A DNA stretch of 64,000 nucleotides, taken from Alphaproteobacteria bacterium. GTDB taxonomy: Bacteria; Pseudomonadota; Alphaproteobacteria; Rs-D84. The notes beneath the pieces were generated by a model. That model saw nothing but the letters and a program-made list of their open reading frames with translations, ran no database searches and was not told the origin of the DNA. This document shows positions 35,624 to 43,465 of this stretch, one piece after another; the stretch's first letter is position 1, and each line of letters starts with the position of its first letter. The translations under genes were made by a program, and so were the position numbers. The stretch spans positions 2,281 through 66,280 of the forward strand of contig JAFWZK010000058.1 of the NCBI GenBank assembly GCA_017522445.1, written 5' to 3'.

Positions 35624-36100
35624 TTATTTTTTCTTGCACACTTTCTTGGCAACAGGTTTTTTTGCAACCGGTTTTTTAATTGCGGCTTTTTTTACAACTG
35701 GTTTTTTCACCGCAACTTTTTTTGCAGGTGCAGCTTTCTTTGCGACTGGTTTTTTCACCGCAACTTTTTTCGCAGGTGCAGCTTTCTTTGCAACTGGTTT
35801 TTTCACCGCAACTTTTTTCGCAGGTGCAACTTTCTTTGCAACTGGTTTTTTTACCGCAACTTTTTTCGCAGGTGCAACTTTCTTTGCAACTGGTTTTTTC
35901 ACCGCAACTTTTTTCGCAGGTGCAGCTTTCTTTGCGACTGGTTTTTTCACCGCAACTTTTTTCGCAGGTGCAGCTTTCTTTGCAGCCGGTTTTTTCACTG
36001 CAACTTTTTTCGCAGGTGCAGCTTTCTTTGCGACTGGTTTTTTTTCTTCTGCTTTTTTGACCGCTTCTTTTTTGCGTATTCTTAAAAATGGAAATGCCAT
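35624..36100 (-). CDS. Lys/Ala/Pro-repeat, histone H1-like basic protein
   Basis: 158 aa made almost entirely of KKPVAKKAAPAKKVAV units. Own RBS (AAGGAGAG) and terminator. The three plus-strand ORFs over the same DNA are repeat artefacts. Confidence 0.7.
   Translation of the reverse strand: MAFPFLRIRKKEAVKKAEEKKPVAKKAAPAKKVAVKKPAAKKAAPAKKVAVKKPVAKKAAPAKKVAVKKPVAKKVAPAKKVAVKKPVAKKVAPAKKVAVKKPVAKKAAPAKKVAVKKPVAKKAAPAKKVAVKKPVVKKAAIKKPVAKKPVAKKVCKKK
35697..36032. repeat. tandem repeat, 7 x 48 bp, in frame
   Basis: Unit ACTGGTTTTTTCACCGCAACTTTTTTCGCAGGTGCAGCTTTCTTTGCA starts at 35697, 35745, 35793, 35841, 35889, 35937 and 35985, with only point differences. Degenerate partial copies lie on both sides. 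Confidence 0.95.
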
Positions 36101-36211
36101 TCTTCTCTCCTTCTAGGTGTTTTGTTTGAATAGAACAAATCCGTTTTGTTCTTGGTTTCTATTTTATCATGAAACATGAAACCGAGTAAAGCAGAAAAGT
36201 AATTTTTTTCA

Positions 36212-36868
36212 TCATGAATATAATTTTTTAAATCCATTTTCTATTTTACGTATGTATTCAACATCGTTATCACGCCAGTATTTTGGGTCACGCATCATAC
36301 GACGTAAATCAGAATCTGTCAGATTGTCGGATGCAGAGTTTTCCGTATGAACATTTGGTTCCATTGATTGCATCATTTTGTAAATGCTTTGTATTCCCTG
36401 GGGTGTAGAACATAACTCGGTAAATGCATCGTGTGGTAAAAATCGTTCACCAAATGTGTTTATTTCACGTAATGCATGTTGCATTTTTTCATTTCCACCA
36501 AAAAAATTCTGCAGCTGAGTTATTGCATTGCTTTCATCCTGGACAGAAAATATTTCTGATATCAATGGTGATAAAAATTCGTTCGCAATGTTATAAATTT
36601 CAGAAACCTGATTACAAGTTAACCCTAGGTCAAAAAATTTCTGACGCAACATTTCATCATCGTATAGTTCATTTGTTGGATACTCGGACGCAGATGATGG
36701 GACGCCAATTGCACGATTAAACTTTTGACGTGTTTCATCGTCTGCATCGGCCGATGGAATTGATACCATACCACCAATCTTTTTTTCTAATTCTTTGTAC
36801 GAACGTACCAACGCGTCTGTATTCAACGTACCATCATTGTTTAAAAATTTTTCTGGGATATTATCCAT
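36212..36868 (-). CDS. scaffolding protein-like
   Basis: MDNIPEKFLNNDGTLNTDALVRSYKELEKKIGG resembles the N-termini of phage scaffolding/capsid-assembly proteins. It is helical and acidic and lies upstream of the capsid gene. Start refined to ATG 36868. Confidence 0.5.
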   Translation of the reverse strand: MDNIPEKFLNNDGTLNTDALVRSYKELEKKIGGMVSIPSADADDETRQKFNRAIGVPSSASEYPTNELYDDEMLRQKFFDLGLTCNQVSEIYNIANEFLSPLISEIFSVQDESNAITQLQNFFGGNEKMQHALREINTFGERFLPHDAFTELCSTPQGIQSIYKMMQSMEPNVHTENSASDNLTDSDLRRMMRDPKYWRDNDVEYIRKIENGFKKLYS

Positions 36869-37058
36869 TATCTTTTCCTTTGGTTTCATTTGAACGGCGT
36901 AAAAAATAAATTCCAGCCAATGTGAATATTGCCTGCAACATTGTAAACAGATCTGTGTCACCAACCAGGTATGCCCCCAGTGCCGATACAATACCAGTTG
37001 CAGAAATTATATATGTTCGATACCCAGACAGATATCCACCACGTATAAACTTGCGCAT
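36861..37058 (-). CDS. holin-like small membrane protein (two TM segments)
   Basis: MRKFIRGGYLSGYRTYIISATGIVSALGAYLVG..LQAIFTLAGIYFLRR with a charged C-terminus, directly after the cell-wall hydrolase gene. Confidence 0.45.
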   Translation of the reverse strand: MRKFIRGGYLSGYRTYIISATGIVSALGAYLVGDTDLFTMLQAIFTLAGIYFLRRSNETKGKDNG

Positions 37059-37074
37059 ACTGTGCACCCCGCGA

Positions 37075-37485
37075 CTAAAGATAAAACAGTACATTGTCTA
37101 TGTCCGCAATGTATCCACGTGCAATCGCCCAGTCGGGTAATATATCGGCGTGATGAAATGCGGTCGCACCATTACAACAATCAGGTAACATACCAGATAA
37201 CATTCGCTTTGCCGTGCGAACACACATCTGAAAATGACGCGAATCCGCAGGAACAGTTAATCGTTCGTGATGCGGAGAACTTTCGTCCAGTACAGAAAAA
37301 ATTTTCATGTCACGAATTATTTCATGCATTGAACGGTTCGTCTTGATGGACAGGTTCCTTATCATCGTGGTCATTGCTTCGACCAACCGCAGCGACGTGC
37401 CACCTGTTTGTGCATAAACAACACGTGCAATCTGATACGCCAATGATGCAGATGCATCCGGATTCGGTATAATAGTTAACTGCAT
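37075..37485 (-). CDS. cell wall hydrolase (SleB/Hydrolase_2-like)
   Basis: LAYQIARVVYAQTGG...VEAMTTMIRN...NGATAFHHADILPDWA...FY follows the SleB-family pattern. Confidence 0.6.
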   Translation of the reverse strand: MQLTIIPNPDASASLAYQIARVVYAQTGGTSLRLVEAMTTMIRNLSIKTNRSMHEIIRDMKIFSVLDESSPHHERLTVPADSRHFQMCVRTAKRMLSGMLPDCCNGATAFHHADILPDWAIARGYIADIDNVLFYL

Positions 37486-37512
37486 TGCAATACCTTTTTA
37501 TGTCTGAGTATG

Positions 37513-37537
37513 AAAAAACCACGTGATGGACACGTGG
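37513..37537 (-). terminator. leader terminator 2 upstream of the phage-like cluster
   Basis: On the minus strand: CCACGTG-TCCAT-CACGTGG then TTTTTTC. Confidence 0.6.
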
Positions 37538-37541
37538 AAAT

Positions 37542-37568
37542 AAAAAAACGCCACAACCTTTGTTGTGG
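37542..37568 (-). terminator. leader terminator 1 upstream of the phage-like cluster
   Basis: On the minus strand: CCACAAC-AAAG-GTTGTGG then CGTTTTTTT. Confidence 0.6.
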
Positions 37569-37595
37569 ACACAATCTTTGCTGTTTATGTCGTGC

Positions 37596-37624
37596 AGTAT
37601 ACCATATTTTCAGCACAAAGTCAA
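37596..37624 (-). promoter_or_regulatory. sigma70-type promoter of the phage-like cluster
   Basis: On the minus strand: TTGACT, a 17-nt spacer, then TATACT. Confidence 0.55.
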
Positions 37625-37635
37625 GAACTTTTTTT

Positions 37636-37662
37636 AAAAAACGCGATTTTCCGCGTTTTTTT
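37636..37662. terminator. bidirectional terminator after birA
   Basis: AAAAAACGCG-ATTTTC-CGCGTTTTTTT. Confidence 0.6.
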
Positions 37663-38326
37663 ATACCCCTATCTCGTCGCCATAAACCAATAAATATCGC
37701 GTATCACGACGTAAAACCAAGGCACCATTTTCATTTATACCAACCAAAACTGCCGATTCGCCCCTGTATCGAACAGGACGGTTTATACATGCCGCCAATT
37801 CCAACCAACGTTCCCGAACACTGCGAAAATCCGCACGTCGCCATACATCAATATTTCGCATTAAACGTGCCAGTAATTCATTTAATGGTGTCTGGGAATA
37901 GTCTTTCATCCGGGTCGTCTGGTGACGTTCAACGGTCGGATTTGAATTGACATTTATCCCAATACCCACGATTACAAAACGACCTGAATACTCGATCAAA
38001 ATACCTGCGATTTTCTTGCCGTCAACCAAGATATCGTTGGGCCACTTTATTGTCGGATGAATGCCAAACGATGCAATCGTTTCCGCAACCGCAACCGCAA
38101 CCGCATAAGACAGACGTGCGTCACGCTGGGGACAGGAAAAAATAAAACTGGTGTATAAATTACCGTGATGTGAAACCCATGTTCGACGAAAACGGCCCCG
38201 CCCTGCACTTTGTGCCGCCGCCAACACAACAGTTCCATCACGTGCACGGCCAGTCGATATCAAATCATGGGCACAGTCCTGGGTGCTGGGGATTTTATCA
38301 AACGAAAGCAGCTTATAATTCGCCAA
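37661..38326 (-). CDS. birA: biotin--[acetyl-CoA-carboxylase] ligase (group I, no HTH)
   Basis: GRGRFRRTW motif and KWPNDILVDGKKIAGIL. The start is uncertain: TTG 38326 behind AGGGGG is proposed, since the tracked start at 38440 would overlap the upstream gene by 128 nt. Confidence 0.8.
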   Translation of the reverse strand: MANYKLLSFDKIPSTQDCAHDLISTGRARDGTVVLAAAQSAGRGRFRRTWVSHHGNLYTSFIFSCPQRDARLSYAVAVAVAETIASFGIHPTIKWPNDILVDGKKIAGILIEYSGRFVIVGIGINVNSNPTVERHQTTRMKDYSQTPLNELLARLMRNIDVWRRADFRSVRERWLELAACINRPVRYRGESAVLVGINENGALVLRRDTRYLLVYGDEIGV

Positions 38327-38768
38327 TACTGTATACCCCCTTGGTATTTCTGATAAAATTATGCCCGTATGTTTTTCGTAACTGGTAAATCGCCGTATCA
38401 ACTGTGTGCGTTGCCGCATCGGGTGCATAGCCCAATGCATGTTTTAACTGATTGGCGGTCATGCCACCACTTTTATACAACAGCACCAACAGCTGGCTTT
38501 GAATCTGGGGCAGCGATACATTTTTCCCAAAGATTTCGTATAAAACACGACCAATGTCGGCCGCATCCAGAATTAAAGACTTAAGTTCCAGCAACCCAAC
38601 AGACGGTGGAACAGATAAATCATCAAAATTTATAACGGAAATGCTGGGCTTTTCATGAACAGTCGCATTCAGGTCAGAAAATATCTGGCGCCATATTGGG
38701 TCTGAACTGAATATTTGAATGCCCGTAAACATATATAAATGGTAAACAATCTGCAATAAAATGTCCAA
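38313..38768 (-). CDS. OmpR/PhoB-type winged-helix DNA-binding protein with a short, degenerate receiver-like N-terminus
   Basis: C-terminus HTVDTAIYQLRKTYGHNFIRNTKGVYSIGEL. The N-terminus has IQIFSSDP where a receiver would have hhhhDDDP and is too short for a full REC domain. Confidence 0.55.
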   Translation of the reverse strand: MDILLQIVYHLYMFTGIQIFSSDPIWRQIFSDLNATVHEKPSISVINFDDLSVPPSVGLLELKSLILDAADIGRVLYEIFGKNVSLPQIQSQLLVLLYKSGGMTANQLKHALGYAPDAATHTVDTAIYQLRKTYGHNFIRNTKGVYSIGEL

Positions 38769-38830
38769 TAAAAAACCACAACATCTGACGATATCGTGGT
38801 TTGGGGATGTCGAAAACCTGAAACTAAAAT

Positions 38831-39076
38831 CTAATCACGTTCGGTGGCCGACTGTTCTATGAACTTGGTAAAGTCTTGGATGCGGGCACCTGTGGACGAT
38901 AAAATTTTAGAAATACTGTTGGTCGATGGCCAACGTGGCTGTCCTTCTTTGGACCAACGCTTGCTTTTGTTAAATGTGGTCGGGTCCAGCCCACTGCATT
39001 TGGCCAACCCAGAACAGGACATCCCATGCTCGGTGGCAAACTTTTCTATTGCACGCCAGACATCATCATGTGTCAT
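38831..39076 (-). CDS. small HTH DNA-binding protein (phage-repressor N-terminal-domain type, no S24 domain)
   Basis: MSCSGLAKCSGLDPTTFNKSKRWSKEGQPRWPSTNSISKIL resembles the N-terminal domain of alphaproteobacterial S24-family repressors. Confidence 0.6.
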   Translation of the reverse strand: MTHDDVWRAIEKFATEHGMSCSGLAKCSGLDPTTFNKSKRWSKEGQPRWPSTNSISKILSSTGARIQDFTKFIEQSATERD

Positions 39077-39235
39077 TTTTCTCTCCCTCGGTTACTGATA
39101 TGCCAGAAAATTTTTCCCATCTGACACACCTTGACTTTATTCCAAAAATACAGTAAAAACAATAAGTCCTATTTCCTAGGAATCATATGACAGCAAAAAT
39201 AATAATAAATACCAAATTTTTTTTTGACAAAACAC

Positions 39236-39264
39236 TTGACAAATCGTTTTTTGTATACTATATT
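39236..39264 (+). promoter_or_regulatory. sigma70-type promoter of the candidate sRNA
   Basis: TTGACA, a 17-nt spacer, then TATATT. Confidence 0.5.
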
Positions 39265-39270
39265 CGAATC

Positions 39271-39462
39271 GTCAAAGGGACAAAACCCAATGACCAGATG
39301 TAAAAGTCTGTATGGGAACCAGAGGTTCAGACTCCCTCCTACATTCTCTCTCCTCTGGACTCTGGTTCTCTCCAATCTTGGTTTAGAGTGTCCAATTTCT
39401 TTTTCTCCTTTCCTTCCTTTCGGGACACTCGAAACAACCGCCGGAAACGGCGGTGTTTTTTT
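39271..39462 (+). ncRNA. candidate trans-acting sRNA (~190 nt) with CU-rich loops
   Basis: It has its own promoter. Hairpin 39319-39358 has a loop containing CUCCCUCC. Hairpin 39386-39430 has a loop UUUCUUUUUCUCCUUUCCUUCCUUUC. The terminator ACCGCCG-GAAA-CGGCGGT plus T7 ends at 39462. No plus-strand gene lies downstream. Confidence 0.5.
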
Positions 39463-39473
39463 ATTTAATACCT

Positions 39474-41672
39474 TTACATAAAATTGATTGGATTAACGTC
39501 TATTTTAACACGTATGTTGGCGGGTTGTTTTATGCGCGACAACCATTTCGATACAATCGGCTGCAGGGCCGCATTCTGGCCGCCCGCAACCAAAAATCGC
39601 ATGCGATACCAATTGCGTACCTGGTATATCTGGGCCGGAATTGGCCCCATTATCTTGCCACCGGTCAATTTCGGGGCCGCCGCCGACAAATCTGTGCAAT
39701 ATTTTTGCAGAACTGATTCACGTTGTCCTTCGACAATTACTGCAATTAACTGGCCAAAGGGGGGCATTTGGGCCGCACGCCGCCCTGCCATATCAGTCGC
39801 CATAAAACTGTCACGGTCAGATGCACATATCGCAGTTAAAACAGGATGGTCGGGCTGGTACGTCTGCAACAATACCGTACCAGGGTGTTCGCCACGACCC
39901 GCACGACCCGCAACCTGGAATAATTGTTGAAATGTATGCTCGGCCGCACGAAAATCTGTTCCAAACAGCCCCATATCACTGTCCACCACACCAACCAATG
40001 TCAAATTTGGAAAATGATGACCTTTGGCTAAAATCTGTGTACCAATCACTATGTCTAAATCACCAGATTCCATCTTATCAACCAGACGTTCCAATGACTG
40101 ACGCGAAGTAATTATATCACTGGACACCAAAGCCGTTCGGGCAGATGGAAAACGGGCGGACACTTCCTGTTGTATCTGTTCCAGACCAACACCACGCATG
40201 GAAACATCTGTCCCGCAATCTGGACATGCAGTATTTAATGGGGCTGTGCGACCACATATGTGACACAGCAATTTACCCAATCTTTTATGGTACGTCATAC
40301 CAACACTGCAATCAGTGCACGTCGCAGTCCAACCGCATTTTTTACACTGAACAATCGGGGCAAAACCACGGCGATTTATAAACAACATTGCCTGGTGACC
40401 AGATGACAGGGTTTGACCAATCGCATCACACAATTGGGACGACAGATGACCGGGAAACTCGTTACCCCGAAACGTATATGAATCTGGGTGATTTTCACGC
40501 AAATCAATTGTCTTGATTTCAGGCAATTGGGCACCACCAAAACGCGATGTCAATTTCAAATGCACGTATTTGCCCAGATTTACATTTTCCAATGTCTCGG
40601 CCGCGGGGGTCGCAGATGCCAAAACAACCGGAATCCGTGCAATAGACGCACGTAAAATCGCCATGTCACGGGCATGATAATTACCCATATCTTCCTGTTT
40701 ATAGGATGTGTCATGTTCTTCGTCAATTACAATCAGCCCCAAATCCTGCCATGGTAAAAACAATGCACTGCGTGTGCCAACAACCATGCGAATTTTTCCA
40801 TTTAATACACCACGCCATATTTGACGGCGGCGGGCCGCGGTTAAATTACTGTGCCAAACAACCGGTGACATACCAAAACGCGATGCAAAGCGGTGCATAA
40901 ACTGGGCCGTTAATGCAATTTCAGGCATCATCAGTAATACAGATTTCCCCGAACTGTATGCGCGCCATGCAGAATCAAAATAAACCTGGGTTTTACCACT
41001 GCCCGTGATACCGTCCAGCAGGTGTACACTGAAACCACCACGTGATATCGCATCGCCAATTGTGTCCGCCGCAACCTGCTGACCCGCGTTCAGAACAATA
41101 TCCCCTGAATCGCAATAGTTTAAATTATCGTACGCGTTTTCACATGGCACCGTTCCCGATGGCACCAGTGTCTGATTCTTAATCAACGACCGAACAACCG
41201 CAGAGCTGACATGGGCGATATTTTGAATATCTGATGCGGTCATGGGTTCATTATCATTTGATGAAAAAGCGTCCGAAACCGCCAAACGATTGTCCGTCAT
41301 ACGGGCAGTCGTTGAAAAGTTGAACGAATACAGCTGGTCCGTGCGGGGGGGCGAAAACGCATCCTGAACATTCACAATTAAACGCAAAATCATCCCAGGC
41401 GGCATCAGCGTCCATGATGACATGCGGGCAATCCACTGTAAATCAGTGATGTTTAACCCAGAATCATAAACCGCAGATACATTTTTTATTTTATTTTCTG
41501 GTAAATCACTGTCGCCCAGCCCCCAAATAACCCCAATACATGGTCGGTTCATAACATGCACACACACAAATGTGCCAATTTCAGCAGCCGCAGTCAGGCG
41601 ATAATCATAACCGCCATTTGGAATATTGGATACAAGTACTTTTACAACTGTGCCAGGTTCAAACATGACCAT
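39474..41672 (-). CDS. priA: primosomal replication restart helicase PriA
   Basis: GITGSGKT and DEEHD motifs with a Cys4-Cys4 zinc region CKKCGW..CTDC..CHICG..CPDCG. Start refined to MVMFEPGTVV. Confidence 0.9.
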   Translation of the reverse strand: MVMFEPGTVVKVLVSNIPNGGYDYRLTAAAEIGTFVCVHVMNRPCIGVIWGLGDSDLPENKIKNVSAVYDSGLNITDLQWIARMSSWTLMPPGMILRLIVNVQDAFSPPRTDQLYSFNFSTTARMTDNRLAVSDAFSSNDNEPMTASDIQNIAHVSSAVVRSLIKNQTLVPSGTVPCENAYDNLNYCDSGDIVLNAGQQVAADTIGDAISRGGFSVHLLDGITGSGKTQVYFDSAWRAYSSGKSVLLMMPEIALTAQFMHRFASRFGMSPVVWHSNLTAARRRQIWRGVLNGKIRMVVGTRSALFLPWQDLGLIVIDEEHDTSYKQEDMGNYHARDMAILRASIARIPVVLASATPAAETLENVNLGKYVHLKLTSRFGGAQLPEIKTIDLRENHPDSYTFRGNEFPGHLSSQLCDAIGQTLSSGHQAMLFINRRGFAPIVQCKKCGWTATCTDCSVGMTYHKRLGKLLCHICGRTAPLNTACPDCGTDVSMRGVGLEQIQQEVSARFPSARTALVSSDIITSRQSLERLVDKMESGDLDIVIGTQILAKGHHFPNLTLVGVVDSDMGLFGTDFRAAEHTFQQLFQVAGRAGRGEHPGTVLLQTYQPDHPVLTAICASDRDSFMATDMAGRRAAQMPPFGQLIAVIVEGQRESVLQKYCTDLSAAAPKLTGGKIMGPIPAQIYQVRNWYRMRFLVAGGQNAALQPIVSKWLSRIKQPANIRVKIDVNPINFM

Positions 41673-41812
41673 AATGTACTTGTTTTTTTGGTTTTTTTCA
41701 ATATCATTATTATGGATAAACACGGGGATTTTATATGTGGAAACTTTTCTTTGAGTTTTGTTATGCAATATCATATCTGATACCAATCAAAAAAGTGCGA
41801 AACGCGTTCAGA

Positions 41813-42475
41813 ATGAACAAACTGTTTGACTATAAAAACAAACTGAACGCAATTAAAAGTGCATGCCCAAATCTGAACTGGAAAAATATGCGACTGGCCA
41901 AGGGTGGTGGCAGTTTGGCATTTATCGTTGATAACACTGTGTTCAAGGTGCGCAAATTTCACCTGACGGATAAGTGCCAGGAAAAATTCGAACGTGAAAA
42001 ACGTATCACAGATGCGATTGCACCGGTTCTGCCAATCGCTGTGCCACATATCGAATTAATTTGGGCGGGCGGTTATTTGTTCTATAAAACAGTGTTTATC
42101 CCAGGTCGAGTCCTGATGGATTTGCCGTTGAAAAAAATACTGAAACACCGTGAAAAAATCGGAAAACAAATTGGCGATGTTATATGCGTACTGTTTAATA
42201 CCAAATTTCCAGAATTAAACGATTTGCGACCATCAGACTGCGGTAAAAACGATTGTGGTTTGACGCACGGCGATATGTGCAGCAATATTATCGTTAACCC
42301 AGATACCATGGATGTTGTGGGAATCATTGACTGGGAATACGCCGGATTTACATCGTTGAAACGGGAATTCTTTGGTATATTCCGTGTCCGCAGAAAAATG
42401 CGTAAAACAGATATTGCACCAATCGCAATGTGGACATACTTTGAAAAATGTGTTCTGAATAAGAAATCTAGATAA
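41813..42475 (+). CDS. APH-family phosphotransferase/kinase-like protein
   Basis: LTHGDMCSNIIVNPDTMDVVGIIDWEYAG (HGD..N..IDWE pattern). Start refined to MNKLFDY. Confidence 0.65.
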   Translation: MNKLFDYKNKLNAIKSACPNLNWKNMRLAKGGGSLAFIVDNTVFKVRKFHLTDKCQEKFEREKRITDAIAPVLPIAVPHIELIWAGGYLFYKTVFIPGRVLMDLPLKKILKHREKIGKQIGDVICVLFNTKFPELNDLRPSDCGKNDCGLTHGDMCSNIIVNPDTMDVVGIIDWEYAGFTSLKREFFGIFRVRRKMRKTDIAPIAMWTYFEKCVLNKKSR

Positions 42476-43352
42476 TCATATCAATATCCGAATCAGACGG
42501 CACATGATTAATTATCACATCTGGATTATACTGGGTACGAAACCAGGTTCGCTGACGCTTGGCATACTGGGCGGTTTTGGTTATCCAGTTTTCAATACAT
42601 TCAGATTCACTGATTTCACCACGAATAAAACGACATAACTGGGATGCACCAATTGCACGACTTTCATCCCAACCAGATTCAATTATACGTTTGGCCTCGA
42701 CAATAGCACCACCAGATAACATCATTGGTACGCGGGCCGCAATTCGTTTACGCAAAATATCTGCATCGGGATTTATCAAAATACGTGTTGCGTGTGGAAT
42801 CACCGCACCAGTTCGTGGCAGCCCATGAAATTCATATATATGATGACCGGTTTCCAGAAAAACTTCCAATGCACGGGCAATACGCTGGGGGTCGGTGAAC
42901 GCAAAGTCCGCCGGCAACAGCCCACGGGCAGATTCAATATCGTCCTGCACCATTTGACGGGCACGGATGCGATTTTCATCAGATATATCAGGCATGGGTG
43001 ATATACCATTTATCAGTGCATTTATATAATATCCTGTACCACCAACAAATATCGGGGTGCGGCCAGATGCCAGTGCCGCATCGTATTCGCGACGTGCCAT
43101 GCCCAGATAGTCAACCACAGATATTTGTTCTGATAATGGTAATATGGAAAACAGACGATATGGCACGCCATCAATTTCATCTGATACGGTGCGATTTGCA
43201 AATGGACTGGCGGCGATATTTTCAATGCCTGAATAGATTTGCACACTGTCGCAATTTATTATCGTGCCATTTATACGCAATGCCAGACGATGGGCAAAGT
43301 CCGATTTGCCCGATGCAGTTGGCCCTGTGATAATGTACGCAGTCTGTGTCAT
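42468..43352 (-). CDS. miaA: tRNA dimethylallyltransferase
   Basis: ITGPTASGKS P-loop and family pattern throughout. Confidence 0.9.
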   Translation of the reverse strand: MTQTAYIITGPTASGKSDFAHRLALRINGTIINCDSVQIYSGIENIAASPFANRTVSDEIDGVPYRLFSILPLSEQISVVDYLGMARREYDAALASGRTPIFVGGTGYYINALINGISPMPDISDENRIRARQMVQDDIESARGLLPADFAFTDPQRIARALEVFLETGHHIYEFHGLPRTGAVIPHATRILINPDADILRKRIAARVPMMLSGGAIVEAKRIIESGWDESRAIGASQLCRFIRGEISESECIENWITKTAQYAKRQRTWFRTQYNPDVIINHVPSDSDIDMII

Positions 43353-43465
43353 GTGTGTAATTATACCTGGTGATTTTTCGTTGTAAATAAAATATTGTAA
43401 AAATCAAATCAATGGTGCTAAGATACCAAATGTCTGATTAAGAATAAACGAAAGGAATATATAAT

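Noticed and set aside
35697-36032. Possible CRISPR array (regular direct repeats)
   Set aside because: The units are contiguous with no spacers, the period is a multiple of three inside an ORF, and no cas genes are nearby. It is a coding tandem repeat.
35519-36116. Three long plus-strand ORFs (188, 160 and 126 aa) rich in F/C/R or F/A/T/G repeats, over the same DNA as the Lys/Ala-repeat gene
   Set aside because: They are artefacts of the in-frame 48-bp tandem repeat, which is open in several frames. Only the minus-strand frame has a strong RBS (AAGGAGAG), a terminator directly after its stop, and a biologically familiar product.
39224-39481. 85-aa ORF on the track overlapping the sRNA candidate
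   Set aside because: It has no RBS, it starts within the promoter region, its composition is low-complexity (driven by CU-rich RNA motifs), and it reads through a strong terminator. An ncRNA explains the region better. The sRNA is also not 6S RNA: its 5' and 3' ends do not pair into the characteristic closing stem.
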